Part shown: in pieces, positions 1 through 9,127 of the stretch
Position numbering within the stretch: position 1 is the stretch's first letter
How the letters are laid out: the number at the start of each line of letters is the position of its first letter
DNA from: Aureliella sp.
Lineage (GTDB): Bacteria > Planctomycetota > Planctomycetia > Pirellulales > Pirellulaceae
Direction of reading: 5' to 3'
Assembly: GCA_963691875.1 (NCBI GenBank)
Contig: OY829846.1
Span: 3,456,001-3,520,000 of the forward strand
DNA: 64,000 nucleotides
Notes under the pieces: model-generated
What the model saw: the letters and a program-made list of their open reading frames with translations, nothing else
Told to the model about the DNA's origin: nothing
The model's database searches: none
Made by a program: the position numbers and the translations under genes

Positions 1-1
1 G

Positions 2-481
2 ACCATCGAAGTCGGCGCAAACCAAGACGCCATCTCCAGCCAAGGCATAGACCATTCCGTCAGAGACGGTAGGAGTAGCGCGTGGCCCCTTGCCCCATGC
101 ATTCGCCTTGAAGTCAAAGGGTTTTTCGTTGAGGACGAGGCTCCAAATTTCGGATCCGTCCGCAGCGTTGAGCGCAAACAGTTCACTTTTGCCATCTCTA
201 GCACCCATCGTGTAGATGCGATCACCAACGACTGCTGGACAGGAGTAGCCAAGGCCCACTGTATTAATTTTCCAAGCCATTTTGGGACCACCCTCTGGCC
301 ACTCCTGCAAGAGCCCCGTTTCCGTCGACTGACTATCTCGGTTCGGCCCTTGAAACTGAGCCCAATCATCGGCCTTGACTGTTGCCACTCCAATCCCCAA
401 AAGGAGAAGACTGAGCAACTTAGTCACGTGACGAAATTTGGGCTGGAAAACGACTAAGAGTTTGCGTCCGGCACGGCTCAT
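2..481 (-). CDS. PQQ-like beta-propeller repeat protein (BamB-like, secreted); only the 5' part is in the window
   Basis: Manual translation (not in the ORF track): MSRAGRKLLVV...LLLLGIGVATVKA-DDWAQFQGPNRDSQSTETGLLQEWPEGGPKMAWKINTVGLGYSCPAVVGDRIYTMGAR. Signal peptide followed by the DWxQFxGPxR N-terminus typical of planctomycete PQQ-like propellers. Runs off the left edge. Confidence 0.88.
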   Translation of the reverse strand, partial: MSRAGRKLLVVFQPKFRHVTKLLSLLLLGIGVATVKADDWAQFQGPNRDSQSTETGLLQEWPEGGPKMAWKINTVGLGYSCPAVVGDRIYTMGARDGKSELFALNAADGSEIWSLVLNEKPFDFKANAWGKGPRATPTVSDGMVYALAGDGVLVCADFDG

Positions 482-911
482 ATTGTCATCCTAGAGGCTG
501 AATCTCAAGCTGTGGAAACGCAGCGGGAAAGTTAATTTGAGGCTGGAAAAAGCAAGGTCAGGATACTTCGGAGCCCCAAAAGGAACAAGTCACGCAGAGC
601 CCGATTGTAGGCCCGAGAACTCGAATTTCATGGTGCGCACACGCCAGCCCTTGGAATTGCGGTGATCTTCTACGGCAGCATTGCCACAGGGGGGCGCGTC
701 GGATGGAGCGCAGCGCACCCCGAAATTACCGAAACGAAAGGCGGGAAGAGCCACTTTTGGCTTTGCAGCTCATTCTAACCCCGCATCGACCCTCAAGCCA
801 ATTGATTCTCCCCGAACCATGACGACCGTATCCCAAAGATCGAAGACTTCTCGAAATGCGTCGGAGATGGACGCTTACATAGCTCGACGCCTACAGTTCT
901 CACAAAACACT

Positions 912-1483
912 CTAGAAATCTGCTTGCAAGCCGATTTGACAATCGATCATGTGCAGTATCTCATCCCATTCACCTATTTTGCTCGGCTGACTCTTGGCGA
1001 ACAGTACAGCTGGCGAGCCATCGTGTCGATAGAGTAGCAGCACGGCTTCATTGCTGACGCATTGCGAGAAAACACCCCACTCGTGTTTTGTCTCCACGCC
1101 TTCCTAGCCTACGCTAACACCGGAGCGAGACAGCTTGGCTTCGATAGGTTGAAACTCGCCCATTCGCTCGTGCGCACGCTTGCGGAGCTGCCAGTTCTGA
1201 ATCAAGACGGGCACACAGAGAAAGAGTGGAAAGCCAACACAAACAACCATGACAATGGTGTTCGCTGCCTGTGGAGAATAGGGACGAGTCGACACAGCAA
1301 CAGTGAGCAGAAGAATGGCGAAAACAAGAACCCCTCTGCACAAGCCTGCTATCTTGCGGCCGTAGCCCGGGCAATCAGTCGCTTCGCTGCGAGAATGTCC
1401 CCAAGAGTCGGACTGCCGAAAAAGAGGAACTCTTCCTTTAGCTTGAAAAGAAAGGGAACGGGCCCAAACTCGTCGGCGGACAT
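912..1483 (-). pseudogene. YcxB-like membrane protein pseudogene (frameshift near 1350-1370, in-frame TAG at 1104-1106)
   Basis: ORFs 1104..1496 and 912..1097 are in the same frame, separated by one TAG and two codons (GVSVG*EGVETKHEWGVFSQCVSNEAVLLLY). Two TM segments precede a YcxB-like tail. A plausible N-terminus (MSADEF...SPTLGDILAAKRLIAR) lies in another frame. Confidence 0.6.
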
Positions 1484-1496
1484 AGTTTTTCTCCAA

Positions 1497-3335
1497 CTAC
1501 CCCGGTAAGGCTGAGGAACGTGATGCGGCATTCACATGAGGATCTGATACGGCGCTGGCCGACCCTCCCTGATGCACTCTCCAGTCCATCAGCTGTACCT
1601 CGACTTTGCGGAAGCCGCGAAACTCGTTGATCACCGGGCGAAAAGCAATGTCTATCTTGCCTTCGACTTTCTCGAGCTCGGGCATCCACTCTTCAGCAAC
1701 ACCAAAGGCGATCGCCCGCATGCGCTTTCCGAATTGGCCAAGCTGCATACTTAACGTCTTACCTGATGCACCAATAACTTTGGGCTCTTCAAGAATGTCG
1801 ACTCCCAGCGCACAGAAGGTGGGCTTGGCGTTTTCAGCCCCGAAGGGTGCAAGCTGTTCGATCTGGTCGACTGCGAGCATGTTCAACTGATCCAAAGTCG
1901 CCTCCGCATCGAACAGTACGGAAAGTTCAGACTCTAATTCACTCGACTGCTCTGCAACGGCTTCCATGAATGCGGTGCGAAAGCCGCTCAACTTCGACTC
2001 TTCGACCTTCATTCCAGCCGCCGCTGCGTGACCACCGCCGCTGACCAACCAGTCTTCGCACTCCATGAATGCGGCATGCAGGTTGACTCCGTTTGGGCTG
2101 CGGCCCGACCCCGTTCCCGGCTTGGCACCCAGCTTGTCCAATGCAACCAAGACCACAGGCTTGTGATGCCTTTCCGCCAATCGACCAGCGACGATACCGA
2201 TGACACCCGGGTGCCAATTAGGCGAAGCCAGTACAAAGGCCGGATCTTCATCGGGACTGTGGACTTCCTGAAGTTGCTTAGTTGCCGAAAGCTGAATACT
2301 TCGTTCTAGCTTCCCACGATTCCCGTTCAACTCGTCGATATAAGGTGCAAGTGCTTCAGCTCGCTCTTCGTCTTCTGTAATCAGCAGCTCTACACCAAGC
2401 TGAGCTTGGCCCAAGCGCCCAGCGGCATTCAATCGAGGTGCGATGGAAAATCCAAAGTCGTCTGAGTTCAGCTGCTCTTTCTCGTCGAGCTTTGCGATCT
2501 TCATGAGCTTTTGCAGACCAAGTGGCGCATGCTTTCGTAGAGTCTTCAGACCGCTCCGCACGATAACGCGATTTTCGTCCAACAGAGGCACAACGTCAGC
2601 GACCGTCGCGATGGCGGCTAACCCGACCGCTTGCAGCAGGAAGTCTCGCAGGCGATCCGTCACCTTGGGCGAACCACAATGTGCCTGGCAAAGAGCCCAA
2701 GCCAGCTTGAAGGCAACTCCTGCACCACACAAACCGGGAAACGGATAGTTTGTGCCTGGCAAGCTCGGATGCACAATAGCGTCTGCCACTGGCAATTCTT
2801 CTGCGAAGCGGTGATGGTCGGTAACGATCAGCGAAACGCCCAATTCGTGCGCTCGCTTTGCTGCCACGATACTCGCGATTCCACAATCGACGGTAATGAT
2901 CAACTGCTTACCACGAGCTTGTAATTTCTCTACAACTTCTGCGTGCAGTCCGTAGCCCTCCTCCATGCGGTTCGGCAGATGGTAGATAACTTTGGCACCG
3001 ATCAAACTTAGGCATCGGTAGAGAATCGATGTCGCGGTCATGCCATCGGCGTCGTAGTCACCATAAACGACGATTTCCTCCTCACCGCTGATCGCTTTCA
3101 TGATCCGCTCAACAGCAGCCGGCAATCCAGGGAGTTCCTCTGGCGGACGCAGGTCGGTGAGCTTTGCTTCCAGAAACCGCGTGACATCCTCCCGCTCGGT
3201 GATTCCGCGATTCAGCAACAGTTGCGCGACGATAGGCGCAACCCCCGCTCGCTCAACCAGCGACTCGATCTCCGCTCGGTCGTGAGGCGTAAACTTCCAT
3301 TTCTTCGCGGGCATACTAGCATCCTGGTCAAGCAC
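1497..3335 (-). CDS. recJ: Single-stranded-DNA-specific exonuclease RecJ (start probably 3314, MPAKKW)
   Basis: DHH-family motifs YGDYDADG, ITVDCGI, TDHH, ATVADVVPL, PRLNAAGRL, GSGRS and GGHAAAAG. Confidence 0.97.
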   Translation of the reverse strand: MLDQDASMPAKKWKFTPHDRAEIESLVERAGVAPIVAQLLLNRGITEREDVTRFLEAKLTDLRPPEELPGLPAAVERIMKAISGEEEIVVYGDYDADGMTATSILYRCLSLIGAKVIYHLPNRMEEGYGLHAEVVEKLQARGKQLIITVDCGIASIVAAKRAHELGVSLIVTDHHRFAEELPVADAIVHPSLPGTNYPFPGLCGAGVAFKLAWALCQAHCGSPKVTDRLRDFLLQAVGLAAIATVADVVPLLDENRVIVRSGLKTLRKHAPLGLQKLMKIAKLDEKEQLNSDDFGFSIAPRLNAAGRLGQAQLGVELLITEDEERAEALAPYIDELNGNRGKLERSIQLSATKQLQEVHSPDEDPAFVLASPNWHPGVIGIVAGRLAERHHKPVVLVALDKLGAKPGTGSGRSPNGVNLHAAFMECEDWLVSGGGHAAAAGMKVEESKLSGFRTAFMEAVAEQSSELESELSVLFDAEATLDQLNMLAVDQIEQLAPFGAENAKPTFCALGVDILEEPKVIGASGKTLSMQLGQFGKRMRAIAFGVAEEWMPELEKVEGKIDIAFRPVINEFRGFRKVEVQLMDWRVHQGGSASAVSDPHVNAASRSSALPG

Positions 3336-3584
3336 TTCTATTTCGAAGCTGTATCATAGCCTTTTCGCCGATCCTACTGTAGGTCTTGTGACTTCATTAG
3401 CGGAGCAGATCAGAGTCGCAAATTGGTGAGATGAGCCGTATCCGCTAACGTCGGGCCGAACCAAGAAAACACTTGCCGGCGGCTCACGAATCGGCCCCCT
3501 GATTTGCCATGTATTGCCGTGTTCGCGTCGCCGCGGCATGCCCGAGAACCTTCTCATTTCGGCTCAACCACGGAACCCAAGAGA

Positions 3585-4724
3585 ATGAATTACTGCACTG
3601 CCGTCATTGGGACGGGTTTCATTGGCCCAGTCCATGTCGAAGCACTTCGCCGTGCCGGAGTCAGCGTTACAGGGATCTTAGGCAGTTCGCCAGCGAAATC
3701 CGTTGCTGCTGCCGAAAGTCTGCACCTTCCAAGAGCCTACCAACACCTGGAAGAAATCCTTTTGGACAAGGAAGTAGACTGCATTCACATCACTTCTCCC
3801 AATCAGGCTCACTTCGCCCAAGCCACCGCCAGCTTGAAAGCCGGCAAACACGTTCTATGCGAGAAGCCGTTGGCGATGAACTCAACCGAGAGTGCCCAGC
3901 TCGTAGCACTCGCGGAGCAAACGGGCCTGGCCGCAGGAGTCAACTACAACATCCGCTACTACCCACTTTGCATTGAAGCCGCCGAACGGCAGCGTGGCGG
4001 AGGACTCGGCAACATTTATCACGTTCAAGGCAGCTATGTGCAGGACTGGCTGTTTCACCGGAGCGACTACAACTGGCGCGTCAGCGCAGCTGAAGGCGGA
4101 CCACTGCGAGCCGTCGCCGACATTGGAACACATTGGCTTGATCTGGTGCAAACCATCGTTGGCTCCAAAGTCCAATCTGTCATGGCAGACTTGCAGATTG
4201 TATTTCCTGAACGTGATCGTCCCACCGGTGGCGTCGAGACCTTCTCTAACAAAATCGATGCATCGCAGCCTGATGCGACGGAGACGGTGAAGATCGACAC
4301 CGAAGACGCAGGGAACATTCTGCTGCGATTCGAGTGCGGCGCTCGCGGCTGCTTGCATGTATCCCAAGTGACGGCAGGTCGGAAGAATTGCCTACGCTTC
4401 GATATCGCTGGCTCCAAGCAATCGATCTCATGGAATAGCGAACAGCCCAACCAGCTTTGGGCGGGCCGTCGCGACCAGCCAAACGAGTCCCTCATTCGCG
4501 ATCCAGCTTTGATGCACCAACGAGCAAGCGACTTTTCAAGCTATCCGGCAGGTCATAACGAAGGATTCTCAGACACTTTCAAGCAACTTTTCATCGACTT
4601 TTACAGCTCGATAGGTTCAGACAACCCCAGCTACCCCACTTTCGCCGACGGGCACCAAGAAACTCTACTCTGCGAAGCGATTCTCCAGAGCGCAAAACAA
4701 GAGAGTTGGGTATCAGTCAATTAG
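3585..4724 (+). CDS. Gfo/Idh/MocA family oxidoreductase
   Basis: AVIGTGFIG Rossmann motif, GKHVLCEKPLA and DIGTHWLD. ATG at 3585 gives the natural N-terminus. Confidence 0.93.
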   Translation: MNYCTAVIGTGFIGPVHVEALRRAGVSVTGILGSSPAKSVAAAESLHLPRAYQHLEEILLDKEVDCIHITSPNQAHFAQATASLKAGKHVLCEKPLAMNSTESAQLVALAEQTGLAAGVNYNIRYYPLCIEAAERQRGGGLGNIYHVQGSYVQDWLFHRSDYNWRVSAAEGGPLRAVADIGTHWLDLVQTIVGSKVQSVMADLQIVFPERDRPTGGVETFSNKIDASQPDATETVKIDTEDAGNILLRFECGARGCLHVSQVTAGRKNCLRFDIAGSKQSISWNSEQPNQLWAGRRDQPNESLIRDPALMHQRASDFSSYPAGHNEGFSDTFKQLFIDFYSSIGSDNPSYPTFADGHQETLLCEAILQSAKQESWVSVN

Positions 4725-4733
4725 ATCGCCAAC

Positions 4734-5290
4734 TTACCGAGTAACGCCATTCTTATCAAACTGCTCTTGCATGACGTGGGTCGAGCCCAGCTCGTGGTGA
4801 AAGGTGTAAATGAGATGCAATAGCAGCATGCAGGCCGCCAAAGATCCAATGATGCCTAGGAAGGCAAAGGGTTCTCGAATACGCTTGCCGCTCACCGTTG
4901 CGAACCAAGCTAGTGCCGAAAAGATGAAGTAGGACATACGTCGAAAGTTTGCCGTCTCGATCAAATCACGATATGAGTATTTCTCTGCGAGAGCCGCCAG
5001 GCCTCCGAAGAGACTCCATATCATTACACAGTTGACTACCGCGCAGACGAGAACAAAGGTCAGCTCGGTTGTAACCTACATGTCGATGATCGAGAGAACG
5101 ACTAGAGCTAAGGCCGTAGGATATGGTGTAGAAAACCTCGGACTCCGGCCGTTCAAATCGGTACATCCCAAGGCGACCGCAAGATAGCCAACAAAATCGG
5201 GCAGCAGATCCACCTGACGAATTTTGTGAATTCGCAGTACGCCAGGACAAGGCCCCAAAAGCATTTCCGTCTTTTTCGGAAAAGCTTGTA
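4734..5290 (-). pseudogene. Multi-TM membrane protein pseudogene (frameshift near 5225, in-frame TAG at 5076-5078)
   Basis: ORFs 5076..5264 and 4734..5024 share a frame and are joined through one TAG (SIIDM*VTTELTFVLVCAVVNCVMIWSL). The segment RKCFWGLVLAYCEF in another frame joins IRQVDLLPDFVGYLAVALG. The 5' end is approximate. Confidence 0.6.
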
Positions 5291-5666
5291 AGTCGCGTTA
5301 CTTCTCGACGTCTCTATCTGTAGCGAACGTGATTTCAAACGTGTTTGATTCCGACGGAGCACCTTTGTGCTCTAGTGCAACCCATCAAAAGGAGCTTGCT
5401 CGACTCGAAATATCCCGCCTAACTTAAGCCCGCTCTGCTGATCGGCTTCGCCGCGTTGCAGCAGGCGGGCCCTACACCTGTGGTTCGCCGTTGCATGGCA
5501 AGGTCGCATCACGGTGCAAAACTAGCCTTCCGCCCCAAAGATGAAATCACGTTCGCTTGTTTTTTCTTCTTGCTGTGGTCGCATTCGTAAGAACGCTGCT
5601 CCACAGAGTAATTCGATCTTCCTATGAAGCCCCATACGGTCGGGCCAAAAACCAAGGAACATTTTT

Positions 5667-6161
5667 ATGCATACTAACGCTCGCAACCTTCACTCTCGAT
5701 TCGTCCTACCTACTTCCATGCTGCTACTCACATTCGCCTCAGCGCCAATCGCTCTGTCTCAGCAAAGTGATCGTGGGCAAAGAGAATCTATGAAGAGCCG
5801 CGCACAGACGACTTCAAGCGAAAAACCGCCTGCCTCACAGGCCAAGACGAAGCCAAAACTGACTGGACGCCTGCCGCGCTATTTCTCCGCTGTTATCAGC
5901 CCAGACCAACGGAGCGAAATCTATCGCATTCAAAAGGATTACGCCGCCCAGATCAAGGCCCTCCAAGAACAACTTGCTGCCTTGAAAACAGACGAGATGG
6001 AAGAGATAGAAGCAGTGCTTTCGAAAACTCAGCTCAAGCAAGTTGGACAGATGCGAGAGAAAGCAAAGGAACGAATAGCCACCCGACGAGCGGCAGGCTC
6101 AACCAAGCCCCAATCGGCCTCGCGCGAAAAAGTCACTGAGACAGCGAACCCCCCAAGATAA
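5667..6161 (+). CDS. Secreted coiled-coil hypothetical protein (planctomycete type)
   Basis: Signal peptide (MLLLTFASAPIALSQ), then GRLPRYFSAVISPDQRSEIYRIQKDY and a heptad helix. AAGGAA lies upstream. Confidence 0.8.
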   Translation: MHTNARNLHSRFVLPTSMLLLTFASAPIALSQQSDRGQRESMKSRAQTTSSEKPPASQAKTKPKLTGRLPRYFSAVISPDQRSEIYRIQKDYAAQIKALQEQLAALKTDEMEEIEAVLSKTQLKQVGQMREKAKERIATRRAAGSTKPQSASREKVTETANPPR

Positions 6162-6164
6162 GAG

Positions 6165-6320
6165 CTGAGTCCAGAAAGGACCTCGCGAGTGGTCTGGCCG
6201 GGGCGCACCTGATCCCCAAGTTGCTCCGGTCGGGCTACCGCCCTTTCTGTGGGGCCGGAGGCAAAGCCGAAAGGAAAGAATCCAGGCAGCTGCCTTTAGC
6301 GTTCCGCCAGGCATAACAAG
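6165..6320 (-). ncRNA. Candidate structured non-coding RNA (long bulged hairpin, 6S-like size; identity unresolved)
   Basis: Nested stems 6194-6201/6304-6310, 6202-6217/6276-6294 and 6221-6229/6255-6264, capped by GGGC-GGUA-GCCC (6232-6243). Several pairs are G-U on the minus strand but A-C on the plus strand. An extended -10 lies just upstream. Confidence 0.55.
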
Positions 6321-6324
6321 TCTC

Positions 6325-6333
6325 ATGATAGCA
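6325..6333 (-). promoter_or_regulatory. Putative extended -10 promoter (TGcTATCAT) for the candidate RNA
   Basis: Minus strand reads TGCTATCAT (TGn plus a 5/6 match to TATAAT), a few nt before the 5' end of the hairpin. Confidence 0.45.
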
Positions 6334-6411
6334 GGTCAAATTGCCCTCAATTGACCTATTTGCCAACAGCGCATGTCGCGAGCCTTGGAGCAGAGCAAGA
6401 AACCTTTCAAT

Positions 6412-7710
6412 TCACAACTCATCCACCACCAATCCAAATGCATCGGCGCTAACAACTTGAATTTGAGCCCCATCTTCCACCAATCCACTTTGGGCTCGAG
6501 CTGGATACTCTGCACCTTCCACAAGCACAACTCCAGATGGATTGAGCGCACCCACGCTTACGCCAATCCTGCCAATCATATTCTTCAGTCTCGGCGGTTG
6601 ATTCGCGTTTGCACTCGCTCCGGGATCTTCCGTTCTGGCAAACCTCCTGCGAGACCTCTTGTTTTCCTCACCGCATACGCAGCCATCTAGACAGTAGGCG
6701 CATCCATCGAAATTGCAGGACAGACATTCCGCTCCGGGACAATGGCAATTCACGCAATCGCAACTGTTCCCTGCATCACAGCAGTTGCAATCGCAGCCGC
6801 CGCAAGCACAGCCATCACAGAAGCCGCTTCGTTGGCGGAGCAAAGGACTCCGAAAACGACTAGCAGACGATACTCTTGTCCTCGGCTGTAGCGTGAGCCG
6901 TTTTTTGCTAGTCAGACTTCCCATACGTGAGCGAAGAACTTGCGCTGATAGAGAACTCGGACCAGCTATTTCGCTGCACGCCCAGCCAGCCGCACTGAGT
7001 TCTTGCTGAGCCTTCAGTAGCGCCGCATGAGCTTGCTCTGCAGAACGGACTGGATTGGCCTGTTTGCGTCTGACATCACGCGGCCAATCTATGGCACAAT
7101 CAAATGCAATAATGGCTGCGCCAACATAGCCTCCGATACCCAAGAGTCGCTTCTTCAGATCCCTAGCGAGTGCAAGCTGGTTGCCAAGTAGAGAGAACAA
7201 GTATGCAAAGCCATCACGAGTTGCAGATTGGAAATCGCTCAAGTCGCTGCTGGAAGACCTCTCGGCGCGTTGATGTGTCTCCATGATGCATGTCAGCCGA
7301 TCTTCAAAGCTTGAGTCTATGGTGAGAAAGTGCTCGTGCGCCCGATTGATAGACTTGCGAAGCCACCAGAGCACAACTCGGGCAGACGCGCTACGGTCGT
7401 CTGCCACGTCGTCTCGCATCTTGATTTCGGCCAACAAGATCGCAAACCCCGCGCAAAAATCGGCGACCTGTTTGTCCTGGTCGCTACAGTTCCTTGGTCC
7501 TTTCTTGCAGAGTCGGCAGCAGGTTGGTGCTTCGGCACCTGGGGCACTGCACAGCTTCAGGTCGATAGCTAAGGCGTACAGAAAGACCGATTCATAGCTA
7601 TGGAAAAAAGTGGAGAGCCGTCCCTCTCGCTGCCACATATTTTGGCAGCAACGGGCATAAACCTGCCGATAAGACCTTCCGACGCATCCTGGGTTTAAGA
7701 ATCCGAACAT
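6412..7710 (-). CDS. DUF5685-like protein with Cys-rich linker and C-terminal NfeD-like OB domain
   Basis: MFGFLNP...YARCC...HSYESVFLYAL N-terminus; KMRDDVADD (DDxxD); 17 Cys in 49 aa; C-terminal MIGRIGVSVGALNPSGVVLVEGAEYPARAQSGLVEDGAQIQVV, typical of NfeD. Confidence 0.78.
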   Translation of the reverse strand: MFGFLNPGCVGRSYRQVYARCCQNMWQREGRLSTFFHSYESVFLYALAIDLKLCSAPGAEAPTCCRLCKKGPRNCSDQDKQVADFCAGFAILLAEIKMRDDVADDRSASARVVLWWLRKSINRAHEHFLTIDSSFEDRLTCIMETHQRAERSSSSDLSDFQSATRDGFAYLFSLLGNQLALARDLKKRLLGIGGYVGAAIIAFDCAIDWPRDVRRKQANPVRSAEQAHAALLKAQQELSAAGWACSEIAGPSSLSAQVLRSRMGSLTSKKRLTLQPRTRVSSASRFRSPLLRQRSGFCDGCACGGCDCNCCDAGNSCDCVNCHCPGAECLSCNFDGCAYCLDGCVCGEENKRSRRRFARTEDPGASANANQPPRLKNMIGRIGVSVGALNPSGVVLVEGAEYPARAQSGLVEDGAQIQVVSADAFGLVVDEL

Positions 7711-7737
7711 GTAAGGTTAGCTTTCGGACGATACGTT

Positions 7738-9117
7738 CTAAGAGGACTTGGTTTTATTCTTTTTCGGCGTAGCTTTCTTTTCCGCCTGAGCCTTTTGCTT
7801 TGCTTTCTTTGCTTCGGCTGCCCAATTGGCGAATCTGAGAGGACGTGCGTCAGCATACTGACTGAGCGCATCTTGAAGCATTGCTCTTATCCTTACCTGT
7901 TCTTGTGTTAGCCCAACGGCGTCCAACGGAGATTCCTCAAGCACATCATTTTGGATATCGTAGAAATCGCCACTACTGTACAGCTTGTATCGCTGGTTGC
8001 GTGTGAACTCCTTGCCGGTGGGACCACCATTTCGAGCATACCAAACGTAAATCCAGTCGCGAGGATTTCCCTTTTCGCCTCGCAGTTGCGGCAAGAAGCT
8101 GCGGCCATCGATCGGACGATCAGAGGGTAGCGGAACACCAGCTGCTTCACAAAGGGTAGGCATAAAGTCGCTAAAATCCACCAAGTCTTGGCTCACTGCT
8201 CCAGCAGGCATGCGGCCTGGCCAATGCGCTATGAAAGGGACACGACAGCCCGCATCAGGCGTTGTGCCTTTCGCGCCGACTACCTTGCGACCGTTCATCA
8301 TCGAAACGACAGGCGTATCGGTACCGTTGTCTCCAGTGAACAGGACGATCGTGTTGTCTCGGACACCAGATGCTTCTAGTTGATCCAGAATCCGCCCTAC
8401 GATCTTGTCCATATAGTTGACCATGTCGCCAAAGTACTTGGCGTCACCCTTGTAAGTCTTCGAGCCCTTGCTGGTTGGATCCCAGTCGTCGGAATCAGGT
8501 GTCGGCTCAAAAGGACAATGCGTCAGGATCATGGGGTAGTAGAGAAGAAAGGGACAATCTTTGTGACGTTGGATGAAGTCACAGGCGTAGTCTGCGCAAA
8601 TGTCCGGGCCGTACTTGCCGGGAAAGTCTTTCTTGACTCCATTGATCTCTAGCCCCGGTGAAGCGTAGCGAGATTTTGATCGCAACATATGCCACAGGCA
8701 GTATTCGTCGAAGCCAAAATGATCTGGCAAGCTTGTATCCTTTCCGAGCTGCCACTTGCCGACGATCCCAGTCCTGTAACCTCCCTCACGCAATTGATGT
8801 GCGAATGTTCGTTGCTTCTTCTCGAGCAGACCAAACACAGCGTAGTTACGAACGTTGTACATTCCCGTCATCAGCTTGACTCGGGAAGGAGTGCAAATGG
8901 GCTGCGAATAACAGTGCTCGAAGCGTATCCCTTGCTTGGCCAAGCTATCCAATACTGGCGTCTGATAGGATTCGCCTCCGTTGGCCGTTATGCACTCGTA
9001 GCCCAAATCGTCTGCCATGATTAGCAAGATGTTCGGCTTCTCGTCAGCTAGTGCTAACGTCGACACCAGCAGGCATACGAACGCCGTGAGATGTGTCTTT
9101 AAGTGTTTGCAATTCAT
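7738..9117 (-). CDS. Formylglycine-dependent sulfatase (S1 family), secreted
   Basis: Signal peptide, KPNILLIMADDLG, CTPSR, GKWQLG and FTGDNG motifs. The ATG at 9117 lies just downstream of the sialidase stop. Confidence 0.95.
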   Translation of the reverse strand: MNCKHLKTHLTAFVCLLVSTLALADEKPNILLIMADDLGYECITANGGESYQTPVLDSLAKQGIRFEHCYSQPICTPSRVKLMTGMYNVRNYAVFGLLEKKQRTFAHQLREGGYRTGIVGKWQLGKDTSLPDHFGFDEYCLWHMLRSKSRYASPGLEINGVKKDFPGKYGPDICADYACDFIQRHKDCPFLLYYPMILTHCPFEPTPDSDDWDPTSKGSKTYKGDAKYFGDMVNYMDKIVGRILDQLEASGVRDNTIVLFTGDNGTDTPVVSMMNGRKVVGAKGTTPDAGCRVPFIAHWPGRMPAGAVSQDLVDFSDFMPTLCEAAGVPLPSDRPIDGRSFLPQLRGEKGNPRDWIYVWYARNGGPTGKEFTRNQRYKLYSSGDFYDIQNDVLEESPLDAVGLTQEQVRIRAMLQDALSQYADARPLRFANWAAEAKKAKQKAQAEKKATPKKNKTKSS

Positions 9118-9127
9118 AGAAGTCTTC

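Noticed and set aside
681..1508. Plus-strand ORFs 681..1037 and 1062..1508
   Set aside because: No recognisable motifs; better explained as antisense shadows of the YcxB-like pseudogene.
1104..5078. Amber (TAG) recoding or pyrrolysine readthrough, suggested by two in-frame TAGs
   Set aside because: Intact genes here end at TAG at their natural C-termini (e.g. recJ, the Gfo/Idh/MocA gene, the sulfatase, yggS). Both interrupted genes also carry frameshifts, and no pyl genes or suppressor tRNA are visible.
6165..6320. Identification of the hairpin as SRP RNA, 5S rRNA, or a TPP or c-di-GMP-I riboswitch
   Set aside because: Only short chance-level matches (TGCCTGGCGG, ACCTGATC, GCCTCCGGCC). The SRP CAGG-GNRA-AGCAG loop and the rest of each consensus are missing, and no same-strand gene lies downstream.
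6099..6326. 75-aa minus-strand ORF over the hairpin
   Set aside because: It overlaps the 3' end of the convergent gene, has no protein-like features, and its ATG lies within the putative -10.
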